A stretch of 64,000 nt of DNA from Longimicrobiales bacterium (GTDB lineage Bacteria; Gemmatimonadota; Gemmatimonadetes; Longimicrobiales; Gaopeijiaceae): the NCBI GenBank assembly GCA_965219445.1, contig CBDCNQ010000004.1:512001-576000 (forward strand), in the 5' to 3' direction. The position numbers and the translations under genes are program-made. Below the pieces are notes generated by a model. The model worked only from the letters and a program-made list of their open reading frames with translations, was not told where the DNA came from and did no database searches. Shown piece after piece: positions 30,301 through 39,718 of this stretch (within the stretch, counting starts at the first letter, position 1; the number at the start of each line of letters is the position of its first letter).

Positions 30301-30621
30301 GAAGGCTGTTGGAGAAGTACAGTGGGCCGCGTTGGGGATGCCACGGTCCCAGACCCTAGGCGGAGCGACGACGCCATAGCATTCGCTACGGCTAGGAGCT
30401 CCAACAACGGGGGCACCGCGCGAAGCGTGGTCGGGGCCGTGCCACCCCAACCCTTCAACGTGTAAGGTCGTGTCATATATGGTCGTGGGCACAGGGCGGT
30501 TGTGCGGTTGATCCTGCGTCTCTCCTCCTCGCCGTAGCGCTGCTACGCCTCGTCGTTGTTCCTTGTCTGAACGCGCACAAGCGCCATGTGCGCGGCCTAC
30601 TGTACTTCTCCAACAGCCTTC
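30301..30621. mobile_element. 321-bp MITE-like non-coding element with 31-bp terminal inverted repeats and two internal hairpin modules
   Basis: Left GAAGGCTGTTGGAGAAGTACAGTGGGCCGCG (30301-30331) versus reverse complement of 30591-30621 GAAGGCTGTTGGAGAAGTACAGTAGGCCGCG (30/31 identical); same end recurs at 63975; no transposase ORF and no clear TSD. Confidence 0.8.
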
Positions 30622-32411
30622 TTCGCATCGGCCGAAAGTGGCCGATGCTCGGCGGGTTCCTTCGGCTCCGACCGCCGCACGTCGAGGAGGTGGGCCTCAA
30701 CCCGCCGGCGCCCTCGGAAGACGCCGAGTTTCACCTTGAACACGAGGTCCACCGGGCCTGTTCCGAGGCTTTCGGGAGTGACGCGATCGACGAGCCCGAA
30801 GCCAATGGCGTCGACGGTATGACCGGACTGCGCGATGCGGAGCTTCAGGTGGCCCTTCCCCACTTCCCGGGCCGGACCCGTCAAATCGACCCGACGGGCC
30901 AGGAACACGGGCGCAGGATTACCTACACCGAACGGCCCGAGATAGGAGAGCAGGTGCACGAGGTGCTCCGTCATGGCGGCGAGAGAGATCTCGAGTCGGG
31001 GCCTCAGGACGGGACGTGGCTGCTCCCCCCGAAGGCTCTCTCGGACCTCGGCATTGAACGCGTCCCGGAAGCCCCCGATGCGAGCCGCCGCTATGTCCAT
31101 TCCCGCCGCCGCGCGGTGCCCGCCGAAGCGACCCAAGTGCTCCCGACAGACATGGACCGCCGCGAAGAGATCGAATCCAGGAATCGACCGTGCGCTGCCC
31201 CGCCCCTGCCCATCCGCAACGGCTACCAACACGGTTGGGCGATGGATCCGCTCGACGATCCTCGAAGCGACGATGCCGATCACACCCGGGTGCCACCCCT
31301 CCCCCTCAAGCACGACTCCGAAATCCTCGGCGGGGTCGAACGACTCCTCCAGCTGGTCGAGAGCCTCTCGTAACGTCCGCGCTTCTTCCTTGCGCCTCAG
31401 GTCGTTCGCGTCCTCGAGACGGTCGGCCAGAAGCGACGCATGCGCCACATCGTCCGCCATCAGCAACTCGAGCGCAGTCATCGCTTCCGCCATCCTCCCG
31501 GCGGCGTTGATGCGGGGGGCGATGCGGAACGCGACTTGCCCCGCATCGACCGGTCCCTTGCCGAGTCCGGCGCGCTCCGCGAGGGCCCTTAATCCGGGAA
31601 GCTTCGTCTGAGCCAACGCTTTGAGCCCGTAACGAACCAACGTGCGGTTTTCTTGATTCAGAGGCACCACGTCGGCGATCGTGGCGAGCGCCACCAGATC
31701 GAGCGATGCATACAGCTCCTCCGGGTCGATCCCCTTCTCCTTCACAAGGGATTCGCATAACCGATACGCCACGCCGGTGCCGCAGAGGTCCTTGTTCGGA
31801 TATTCGCAGTCGGCACGATTCGGATTGACGACCGCGAGGGCGGGAGGCAAAGTCTCGGCCGGTTTATGGTGATCGGTGATGATCACATCGAGACCGGCCG
31901 CATTCGCTTCCACCACGGCGTCGTGGGCCCGAATCCCGGAGTCGACCGTGAGGATCAAGCCCGCTCCAGCTTCCGTGGCCGCGCCGATCCCAGCGGCACC
32001 GAAGTCATAGCCGTCTCGTAACCGGTGGGGCACGAAGGGGAGTGCGTTCCCTCCGATCCTGCGGATCCACCTGGTCAGGAGGGTGGCGCCGGCGATCCCG
32101 TCCACGTCGTAATCGCCGTGAACGAGGATCATCTCTCCCTCACGAACCGCGTCGAGCACCCTTTCCGTAGCATGCGCCATCCCTGCGAGTGCATCGGGAG
32201 CGTCGAGTTCGGACAGCAGGGGCCGTAGGAAGGACTTCGCGCGATCCGGATTAGCAAGGCCCCGTTGCACCAATAGTGCACAGATTACCTCGGGAAGGGA
32301 TAGCGCCTCTTGGAGTGACTGCACGGCAGCGGAAGTCGCCTTGCCGGGTTCTTCCCACCGGGGCTCGACGGCAGGGATCGCCGATGTGGGAGTCAGACCC
32401 CCTCCTCCCAT
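30597..32411 (-). CDS. recJ: ssDNA exonuclease RecJ (last codons and stop lie inside the repeat element)
   Basis: HGDYDVDG, RLRDGY, TVDSG, ITDHH, PRINAAGR, GSARS, GGHRAAAG, PFGVGNP. Confidence 0.95.
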   Translation of the reverse strand: MGGGGLTPTSAIPAVEPRWEEPGKATSAAVQSLQEALSLPEVICALLVQRGLANPDRAKSFLRPLLSELDAPDALAGMAHATERVLDAVREGEMILVHGDYDVDGIAGATLLTRWIRRIGGNALPFVPHRLRDGYDFGAAGIGAATEAGAGLILTVDSGIRAHDAVVEANAAGLDVIITDHHKPAETLPPALAVVNPNRADCEYPNKDLCGTGVAYRLCESLVKEKGIDPEELYASLDLVALATIADVVPLNQENRTLVRYGLKALAQTKLPGLRALAERAGLGKGPVDAGQVAFRIAPRINAAGRMAEAMTALELLMADDVAHASLLADRLEDANDLRRKEEARTLREALDQLEESFDPAEDFGVVLEGEGWHPGVIGIVASRIVERIHRPTVLVAVADGQGRGSARSIPGFDLFAAVHVCREHLGRFGGHRAAAGMDIAAARIGGFRDAFNAEVRESLRGEQPRPVLRPRLEISLAAMTEHLVHLLSYLGPFGVGNPAPVFLARRVDLTGPAREVGKGHLKLRIAQSGHTVDAIGFGLVDRVTPESLGTGPVDLVFKVKLGVFRGRRRVEAHLLDVRRSEPKEPAEHRPLSADAKKAVGEVQ

Positions 32412-32437
32412 GTCAGCGGCTCACAGAAGCGGCACGC

Positions 32438-33583
32438 CTAGAGGTCGGCGGTCGGTTCTTGTGGCTCCGCCTCCTCGGCACCGAGTCCCTCATCACCGGG
32501 CTCCTCAGCGGTGACCTCATCGGCTTCCTCGGCTTCCTCCCCGGCAGCGGCTTCCTCGACCCTCGGCTCCGCGGCCGGGACCTCGTCCGAACTGACTCCC
32601 ACCATCGCCAACTCGTCGGCAGGGACATCACCAAAGACAACATCCTCGAGCCCCAGCGCCCCGGAAAGCACCTCGCCAGTGTCCGTCTCCTCGAGGGCGA
32701 CCTCCTCTGTCGCGACCTCTGTGGTCGGCTCTTCCTCGGCGGCGGCTTCCTCGGCCTCTTGAAACGCATTACCCTCCGAGACCGCAGCCCGCTCCGCTTC
32801 CCTCAGCTCCGTCGAAGCCTTGAGGGCTCGCGCGATCCTTTCTCCTTCTTCCTGCGCGCGAGCGATTCCCTCGGAGGATTCCGGTGTCAGGATCACGCCA
32901 CAGCCCTCACATCGGATCATCTCATCGGTGTGGCGTATCTGGTTCTGTACCTGGAGGGGGACCATGTTGTAGCAGTTGCCGCAGGCGCCATCCTGAGTGA
33001 GCTCAGCGACGGCGACTTCTCTGGCTCCGGCCATGATGCTGTCGTAGATCCGTCGCTCGTCCGGATCGATTCCGTCCGCGAATGCGTCTCGGTCGGCCTG
33101 AAGCGTCTCGAGCTTGCTTTGGGCTTCCGCTTGCCCCTGCAACAACTCCTTCCGGCGGGGCTCGACTTCGGCCAGAGCCTCACGGTACGCGCTTTGCTGC
33201 TCCTGGTGCCGCTCCTCCAAACGCTTGATCTGGTCCAGGAGACTCAGGGCCTCCTGTTCCTCACTCTCGAGGGCCCGCCGGACCATCTCCAGTTCAGCAT
33301 GCACCGCCGCCTCTTCTCGCACGTTCCGGACCGCCTCCATGCGTTCTTGAAGCTTGGTCGCCCGGACCCTCCGCTCTTCGATCGTCAGTTCGATCCTGTT
33401 CTCCTCGAGCTTGATCTCCTTGAGTCGGCTTTCGAGGGCCTCTACCTCCTGCTCAAGCCGGAGCACCGGTGCATCGACTTCCTCTAGGAGGGGCTCGAAG
33501 TCCTCCAATGTCGACCGAACGAGGGCGACCTCCTGGTCCAAATGCTGGAGTTCCTTCAGGGATGTCCGTGTCTGTGGTGTCAT
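32438..33583 (-). CDS. Coiled-coil C4 Zn-ribbon protein (DUF164/CT398/HP0958-like) with acidic tail
   Basis: LQHLD N-terminus, long coiled coil, CGNC...CEGC ribbon; about 130-aa Glu/Ala-rich extension. Confidence 0.85.
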   Translation of the reverse strand: MTPQTRTSLKELQHLDQEVALVRSTLEDFEPLLEEVDAPVLRLEQEVEALESRLKEIKLEENRIELTIEERRVRATKLQERMEAVRNVREEAAVHAELEMVRRALESEEQEALSLLDQIKRLEERHQEQQSAYREALAEVEPRRKELLQGQAEAQSKLETLQADRDAFADGIDPDERRIYDSIMAGAREVAVAELTQDGACGNCYNMVPLQVQNQIRHTDEMIRCEGCGVILTPESSEGIARAQEEGERIARALKASTELREAERAAVSEGNAFQEAEEAAAEEEPTTEVATEEVALEETDTGEVLSGALGLEDVVFGDVPADELAMVGVSSDEVPAAEPRVEEAAAGEEAEEADEVTAEEPGDEGLGAEEAEPQEPTADL

Positions 33584-33617
33584 GAAACGCTCATCGCTCG
33601 AATGCCCTTGAATGGCC

Positions 33618-35420
33618 CTATGGGTGATTGTCCTTCAGTGCTCGGCGTACAGTCGGCGACCAGTCTCTCCCCAACTCCCGGCGCTCTTTGCTCAGCCGAG
33701 CTTTTTCCCCGAGGAGTTGGGTCTCTTGTTGTTCGTCCAAGGTATTCTGTAGGAGATGGTCGACCGCGTCGAGCCTCTCTTGCAACAAAGTACTGAGAAT
33801 CTTGCTCAACGATTCCTCGAAAACCCGGTGCGCACGGCTGAGTTCCGTCGGATCGGCCAGCAACTCTTCCAGCACGTGGGCGGCCTCCGGAGCCATCTTC
33901 TCCGGCGGATGCGTCAGATCATGGTCCGCCAAAAGGGACTCGAAGACGGCACGATACCTGACGTCCACGAAGTCGTGAGGACCGAGGCGCTCCCCAACAC
34001 GCTCGATCCAATCGCGGTCCTTCGTCATGAGAAGGAGTAACTCGCGCTCCGGCCCCATTTCGGGCACGAAGGCCGCGGACGTGCGGCGGTGATCCCTCCG
34101 CCGCGCCACCCTTGATGGTACGGGCGGAGGCACGGCTCGCGCCAATTCGCCCTCCAGCGTGTCCCGACGTACGCCTGTTCGCTCCGAGACCTTCGCAATG
34201 TAGATGTCGCGCAACGCGGGATCCTGCACAGCACGAATGGTCGGAAGCAGCCGGTCAATGGCCGTCCTTGTGTGCTCGATGCTCCTGAAATGATCGTGCT
34301 CTTCCAGGATCTGTAGCTTCCGGTCGAGAACGTCCACCGCCCCATCGATGTGGCCTTGAAGTGCCTCGGCCCCCCCGGCGTGAACGATCGTGTCCGGATC
34401 CTCTCCCGGCGGGAGCGTAACGATGCACGGGTGCACACCCCCGGCCAGTAGCAGATCCGCGGCCCGAAACGTCGCCTTGAGTCCGGCCGCGTCACTATCG
34501 AACAGGAGGTGTGCCCTGGATGTAAAACGCCGTAGAAGGGCCACCTGGTCCGGAGTGACCGCCGTTCCCAATGGGGCGACCGCGTTCTCGAATCCGGCAA
34601 CCGCAAGGGAAACAGCATCCATGTAGCCCTCCACCACGAGAGCCGTTTCCCGCCTGCGAATCGCATTCTTTGCCCAGTTCAACCCGTAAAGGATTTCCCC
34701 TTTGTGGTAGATCGGAGACTCAGGGGAGTTGACGTATTTGGGGGATCCCTCCGTACCGGCACCCAATACGCGGCCGCCGAAACCGACGACCTTACCGAAA
34801 AGACTCTCGATCGGAAAGATGAGCCGGTCGCGGAATCGATCGTACGGATCCTTGCGCTTTTCGCTGCGGGCCACGAGGCCGACTTCGATCAGAACCTCCT
34901 CCCCGATTCCGTGGTGCGACGCCGCCTCGTGAAGCCCACGCCAGGCATCAGGAGCGTAGCCGAGTCCGAAACGCTCAGCCGTCTCCCGGTCGATGCCCCG
35001 CTCCTCCAAATACGCCCCCGCCACGCGGCCCACCGTCTCGTCCCAGAGCGAGTCCTGGAAGAACATGCGTGCGAAGGCATTGGCCTCGTAGAGGTGCCGA
35101 AACGGATCCTCACCGCTCCGACCCCTGCTCACTTCCCTGATCTCCACGCCGGTACTGGCAGCCACGTGCTTGACGGCATCCACGAAGTTGAGGCCGAGAC
35201 GCTTCATGAGGAACGCGAAAACGTCACCGGACTCCCCGCACCCGAAACACTTGTAGAATCCTTTCGCCGGGACCACATAGAAGCTCGGCGTTTTTTCGTC
35301 GTGGAACGGGCAGCAGGCCTTGTAGTCCTTCCCTGATTTCTTCAGAGGCACGATGTCGCCGATCACCTGAACGATGTCGGCACGGGCACGGACCTCCTCG
35401 ACCTGATCGTCCGGGATCAT
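33618..35420 (-). CDS. dnaG: DNA primase
   Basis: CPFHDEKTPSF..CFGC Zn finger, RLIFPI, KYVNSPES, TOPRIM VEGYMD and FDSDAAG; ATG 35420 overlaps the mutS2 stop. Confidence 0.96.
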   Translation of the reverse strand: MIPDDQVEEVRARADIVQVIGDIVPLKKSGKDYKACCPFHDEKTPSFYVVPAKGFYKCFGCGESGDVFAFLMKRLGLNFVDAVKHVAASTGVEIREVSRGRSGEDPFRHLYEANAFARMFFQDSLWDETVGRVAGAYLEERGIDRETAERFGLGYAPDAWRGLHEAASHHGIGEEVLIEVGLVARSEKRKDPYDRFRDRLIFPIESLFGKVVGFGGRVLGAGTEGSPKYVNSPESPIYHKGEILYGLNWAKNAIRRRETALVVEGYMDAVSLAVAGFENAVAPLGTAVTPDQVALLRRFTSRAHLLFDSDAAGLKATFRAADLLLAGGVHPCIVTLPPGEDPDTIVHAGGAEALQGHIDGAVDVLDRKLQILEEHDHFRSIEHTRTAIDRLLPTIRAVQDPALRDIYIAKVSERTGVRRDTLEGELARAVPPPVPSRVARRRDHRRTSAAFVPEMGPERELLLLMTKDRDWIERVGERLGPHDFVDVRYRAVFESLLADHDLTHPPEKMAPEAAHVLEELLADPTELSRAHRVFEESLSKILSTLLQERLDAVDHLLQNTLDEQQETQLLGEKARLSKERRELGRDWSPTVRRALKDNHP

Positions 35421-37768
35421 TTGAAGCTCGCCACGGTAACGCCCGCCCCACCCTCGATGCGTCCGCCGACCCGGAAGGCGGACACTCGGCCATCGTCTTC
35501 GAGCAACGTATTCACCCGTGCTCGCACTGCACCGGTCCCTTTGCCATGGATGATCCTCAGTTCCGTGAGATCGCAAAGGATCGCCTCATCTATTGAGCGC
35601 AACAACGCCAGGTCGACCTCGTCCACTCGAAGCCCACGGAGGTCGACCTCTGTGTGGACCGTTCCGTCGGGGGTCTTCCACAACGCCGACCCCGCCGAAC
35701 TGTCCCGAGCCGCGTCGCCTTGGCTCGCCGGCTCCAAGTCCGCAATGTGCACCTTCATCCGGATCCCGGACGCATCGATGACGGCGCGGTCGTCTCTCAC
35801 CTCGGCCACAACCCCCTTCAGTCCTCCGTCGAGGAGTCGCACCCGGTCACCCGGTGTGAAGGTCGCAGAGCCCGACCCACGCTGGCCGCCGCGTCGGAGT
35901 TCCTTCTGACGGCGGGCCGCGTCTTCGACCCTTTGCCGGGCACTGCGCGCGGCGCTCTCCAGCTCCTTGGCGGATGATACCTCCCGAACCTCCCGGATGG
36001 CCTCCTCCACCTCCTGTCGAGCCTCCATCAAGATGCGCCGTGCGTCCTCACGGGCTGTCCGCTCGGCTTCGCGCTCTGTATTGCGGAGGTCGGCCTCGCG
36101 AGCCTCTACCTCCGCCCGGAGCCCGGCGGTCTCCTCCCGCTCACGACTCAGCTTGTCGACCAGTTCGCGAGCCTCTTTTTCCTTCCTCTCGAGACGCTCG
36201 AGAAGATCGTCGATCGAGGCGTCACCACCCTCCATGTGGGCCTCCGCCCGCTCGAGCACTTGGACGGAAAGTCCAAGACGGCGGGCGGTCGCTAGACCAT
36301 AGCTTCGCCCCGGCCTCCCCTTCACGAGCTCATACGTGGGCTTCATCTCGTCGGGGTCGAACTGGAGGGAGGCGTTGACGACACCGATGCCCTCGGTGTC
36401 GAGGCGCTTCAGGGCCCCGAGGTGGGATGTGGCCACCGCGGTAGCTCCCCTGCCCGAGAGGTGCTCGATCAGAGCCCGTGAGAGTGCGGCACCCTCGGCC
36501 GGATCGGTGCCCGTTCCCATCTCATCGAGAAGCACCAGCGACCGTTTGCCGGCGCGCTCGACCACCTCCTTCCAAATCGTCAGGTGAGCGGAAAAGGTCG
36601 AGAGACTTTCCGCAATGGACTGCTCGTCTCCGATATCGGCGAAGATGGAGTCGAAGATCGGAAGTCGGGTCCCCTCTTCGACCGGTGGGACGACACCGCT
36701 CTGGGTCAGGGAGACGATCAGCCCCACAGCCTTCAGAAACACACTCTTGCCACCCGTATTGGGACCCGAAACGACAAGGATGCGCTCACCGGGCTCCAAG
36801 CTCAGGTCGAACGGCACTACAGGGTCCTCGGAACTCGCCAGCAGCAGTGGGTGGCGGCCCCGAACGATGATCCAGCCCTCCGACTCATCCGAGAGCCTGG
36901 GGCGACAAGCCCCCCAATCGCTGGCAGCCCGAGCCCGAGCGGCGAGTGAGTCGAAGTCGACAAGCGCCTCCCAACTGTCGGTCAGTAACCGATGTAGCGG
37001 CCGTAGTCTCTCGGTGATCTCGGTAAGGATGCGATGGATCTCCCTCGCTTCTTCCCGCTCCAGCGCCCGCAACTCGTTCGTGAGCTCGATGGCCATGGGC
37101 GGCTCCACAAAGAGCGTCGCACCCGTATGGGATTCATCGTGAACGATTCCGCCCACGTCTTTCTTTCCCTCTCGGCGAACCGGCACGACATAGCGCCCGT
37201 CGCGAACACCGACGGACGCATCCGCGACCCTGACCCGCTCCGGTAAGTCCGCGACAAACGCCTCCAGCTTGCGCACGATCTTGTTTCGCGAGGCGCGAAG
37301 TCGCTTACGGATGCGTCGGAGATCAGGGCTGGCGGTGTCCAGGATTTCTCCCGAATCGTCCGTAGTTTTTGAGATGCGGGTCTCGAGATCCGAGTCTGTA
37401 TGTATTCTGGATCGCACAAAAGCAAGAGCCGCGAAGGATTCCTCATCCAGTGCTTCGGCCAATTGGCGTCCGGAGAGGAGCGAAACACCCAAGTCGTACA
37501 GCTCCACCCCCTCCAACACACTCCCCTCGACCGCCAGACGCTCGAAAAGCGTCAAACAATCAGGGATCTCAGGGGACGACCAAGCTGAGTGTGCCTTGAG
37601 GAAGGCTTCCGTCTCCGATACTCGAGTGAGCTCGCGATCCACCCACACTCGATCCGTACTCGGCCGCATGGAGAGGACGGCCGCGCGTCCAGCCTCAGAC
37701 GTGGCGCGCCCCGCCACTTGTTCAAGGGCTCGATGGAAGTCCAGAACGGTGAGGGCGTGGTCGCTCAT
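35417..37768 (-). CDS. mutS2: Endonuclease MutS2
   Basis: SGPNTGGKS, DIGDEQSIAESLSTFSAH, LLDEMGTGTDP, C-terminal Smr DLRG...IIHGKGTG. Confidence 0.95.
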   Translation of the reverse strand: MSDHALTVLDFHRALEQVAGRATSEAGRAAVLSMRPSTDRVWVDRELTRVSETEAFLKAHSAWSSPEIPDCLTLFERLAVEGSVLEGVELYDLGVSLLSGRQLAEALDEESFAALAFVRSRIHTDSDLETRISKTTDDSGEILDTASPDLRRIRKRLRASRNKIVRKLEAFVADLPERVRVADASVGVRDGRYVVPVRREGKKDVGGIVHDESHTGATLFVEPPMAIELTNELRALEREEAREIHRILTEITERLRPLHRLLTDSWEALVDFDSLAARARAASDWGACRPRLSDESEGWIIVRGRHPLLLASSEDPVVPFDLSLEPGERILVVSGPNTGGKSVFLKAVGLIVSLTQSGVVPPVEEGTRLPIFDSIFADIGDEQSIAESLSTFSAHLTIWKEVVERAGKRSLVLLDEMGTGTDPAEGAALSRALIEHLSGRGATAVATSHLGALKRLDTEGIGVVNASLQFDPDEMKPTYELVKGRPGRSYGLATARRLGLSVQVLERAEAHMEGGDASIDDLLERLERKEKEARELVDKLSREREETAGLRAEVEAREADLRNTEREAERTAREDARRILMEARQEVEEAIREVREVSSAKELESAARSARQRVEDAARRQKELRRGGQRGSGSATFTPGDRVRLLDGGLKGVVAEVRDDRAVIDASGIRMKVHIADLEPASQGDAARDSSAGSALWKTPDGTVHTEVDLRGLRVDEVDLALLRSIDEAILCDLTELRIIHGKGTGAVRARVNTLLEDDGRVSAFRVGGRIEGGAGVTVASFK

Positions 37769-37799
37769 CCCACGGAAGCGTGGGAGAGCCCTTCCAGAC

Positions 37800-38237
37800 T
37801 CACGCGAGCTCCTCCCGGACGATGCGGTTCGCTTCCTTTCCATCGAAGCGTCCCCGGATCTTCGGCATGATTCGGCCCATCACTGCACCCATCTCCGTGG
37901 CGCCGGTATCGATCGCCTCCCGTACGATGGCCTGCACGTCGGACGCGGAGAGAGCGGGGGGTAGGTAGCCCTGGAGTATCGTGGCCTCCTCGGATTCCTT
38001 GTCGGCCAACTCCGGACGTCCGGCCTCCCTCATTTGCTCCGCCGCGTCACGTCGCTGCTTGATCGCCTTGGCGACGACAGCCTGAACCCCCTCGTCATCC
38101 AACTCCTCGCCGACCTCGATCTCCCGATTGCGTACATCCGAAAGGAGGGTCGTGAGGACCACGGTTCCCAACCGATTTCGGGCCTTGCGGACCACGACGA
38201 GGTCGTTCCGGAGCCTCGTTTTCAGATCTTCCGCCAT
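37800..38237 (-). CDS. GatB/YqeY domain protein
   Basis: KQRRDAAEQ..GRPELA..E, YLP, MGAVMG, GRFDGK. Confidence 0.9.
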   Translation of the reverse strand: MAEDLKTRLRNDLVVVRKARNRLGTVVLTTLLSDVRNREIEVGEELDDEGVQAVVAKAIKQRRDAAEQMREAGRPELADKESEEATILQGYLPPALSASDVQAIVREAIDTGATEMGAVMGRIMPKIRGRFDGKEANRIVREELA

Positions 38238-38437
38238 GTGGGGGAAGCTACCCGTGAGCCCTGGTAGGGTCAACGCGAAGGCAAGGTCGCAGCCGAGGTG
38301 CTCTAACCGCCCGCGGCGCGGCTGCCGGCCGCCATAAATCAGGTCTCATCGAGCTATGGAGCCGCCCTCACCCGATGACTATCCTCGGAGCATTTCTGGA
38401 GAGGCCGATTGCTTGTTTTCCATGACCTGGGGAGATC

Positions 38438-39259
38438 ATGAAGACCATACCAGACCTTGCCCGCAAGATCCTGAGTCGTTCTCCCACGCCAGCGCTTCCG
38501 CTCCCTCTCCTCCTCGAGGCCATCGAAGAGGAGGCCGCCGGCCGGGTCGCCGATGCCGAGCGGATCCTAACGCAGATTCGGTCGCGTCCCGACCTGTTTC
38601 GTGTGCTCGACCCCGTGATCGGCCCTTGGCGTCGTGCGACGGCCAAGCCAGGCGAGGTCCCGCCATGGAGCCCCGAAACCTGGGTGCTCGGCCTCGATCC
38701 CAACACCGGAGCTAGCTCACCGATATCGGCCCGCACCGTGGAAAGTCTTCGGTGTCTGGGAAGGAGGGTCGATGAGAATTCGGCCACGGCCGTGGCACGC
38801 TGGCTTCTGCTGATCGAGCGCTTAGTCAACGCGAAGCGTGAACCACCCAGTACGCCACTCTCCCTCGGAGTCGACATCCGTGAGCCCGAAGCCCACAAGC
38901 GCTGCGGACTGGGACACTCCAAGCCACTCGTCTCCCGTGATCCCGCTCAAGATTATCCAGCCCCCGTGCCTCAGCTCATCCGCGAAGCTCCCCAAGAGCG
39001 GCACCAGGACCCCCGCCTCAATGTTGGCCAAGATGCCATCGAAGAGTCCGCGTCCACGCAGCCAGTCGGGGGTCACGGCCTCCTCCTCGATCCGGACGGA
39101 GTCGGTGACCCCATTGACGACCGCGTTCTCCCGAGCGGCTTCACACGCATACGGATCGATATCCACTGCCAGGACGTGATGCGCACCCAGGCGGGCGGCG
39201 GAAATCGCGAGAATGGCCGAGCCGCAACCCGCATCGAGAAGCCTCTCGCCGGGGGATAG
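38438..39259 (+). CDS. Hypothetical protein; the N-terminal ~130 aa are credible and the remainder overlaps prmA antisense
   Basis: GGGGAG SD before the ATG; fills the yqeY-prmA gap; no recognised motif. Confidence 0.5.
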   Translation: MKTIPDLARKILSRSPTPALPLPLLLEAIEEEAAGRVADAERILTQIRSRPDLFRVLDPVIGPWRRATAKPGEVPPWSPETWVLGLDPNTGASSPISARTVESLRCLGRRVDENSATAVARWLLLIERLVNAKREPPSTPLSLGVDIREPEAHKRCGLGHSKPLVSRDPAQDYPAPVPQLIREAPQERHQDPRLNVGQDAIEESASTQPVGGHGLLLDPDGVGDPIDDRVLPSGFTRIRIDIHCQDVMRTQAGGGNRENGRAATRIEKPLAGG

Positions 39260-39718
39260 GGCCCGGTCCATCAGCCTGAGAGCTCCCCGCGTCGTCTCAT
39301 GTTCGGCCGTGCCGAACGCCATGCCAGGGTCGATAGTGATCACAGCCGCACCCTCAGGAGCTTCGGCCTCGCACCAGCTCGGGGTGATGACCAAACGGTC
39401 GGTGACCGCTCTCGGGCCGAGACCCTGTTTCCACAAAACGGACCAATCTCCGTGGTCCTGCCAGCGCCAAGTCAAGTCGATGTGGTCAAGTCCCGAGGCT
39501 TCCTTAAGCACGTCATGGACCCGTTTCACGAAAACCTCCGGGTCCGCCGGCGGAGGCACGTAGGTGATCAATCGACCGTCCGCCTCCTGAATTCCTCTCG
39601 CGCCAAGGCCAAATAGGGGCTCGATCAGGAGTTCCGATATCATGGGCGAGACGGAATCAACCGAGATGGTCAACCAGCGGTCGGGTGTGACGTCGGAGGA
39701 TTCCGAGGCGTCGATCAC
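38822..39718 (-). CDS. prmA: Ribosomal protein L11 methyltransferase
   Basis: [40 protein letters not shown] overlaps the dnaJ stop. Confidence 0.93.
   Translation of the reverse strand: MIDASESSDVTPDRWLTISVDSVSPMISELLIEPLFGLGARGIQEADGRLITYVPPPADPEVFVKRVHDVLKEASGLDHIDLTWRWQDHGDWSVLWKQGLGPRAVTDRLVITPSWCEAEAPEGAAVITIDPGMAFGTAEHETTRGALRLMDRALSPGERLLDAGCGSAILAISAARLGAHHVLAVDIDPYACEAARENAVVNGVTDSVRIEEEAVTPDWLRGRGLFDGILANIEAGVLVPLLGSFADELRHGGWIILSGITGDEWLGVSQSAALVGFGLTDVDSEGEWRTGWFTLRVD

Noticed and set aside
30301..30621. The element as a CRISPR array or IS110 bridge RNA
   Set aside because: The repeats are inverted rather than direct with spacers, no cas or IS110 recombinase gene is in the window, and the two hairpin modules are on opposite strands.
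30292..30700. Short ORFs inside the repeat element (30292-30492, 30473-30700) as transposase or toxin
   Set aside because: Too short, no catalytic or TM motifs, and they overlap hairpin-forming sequence.
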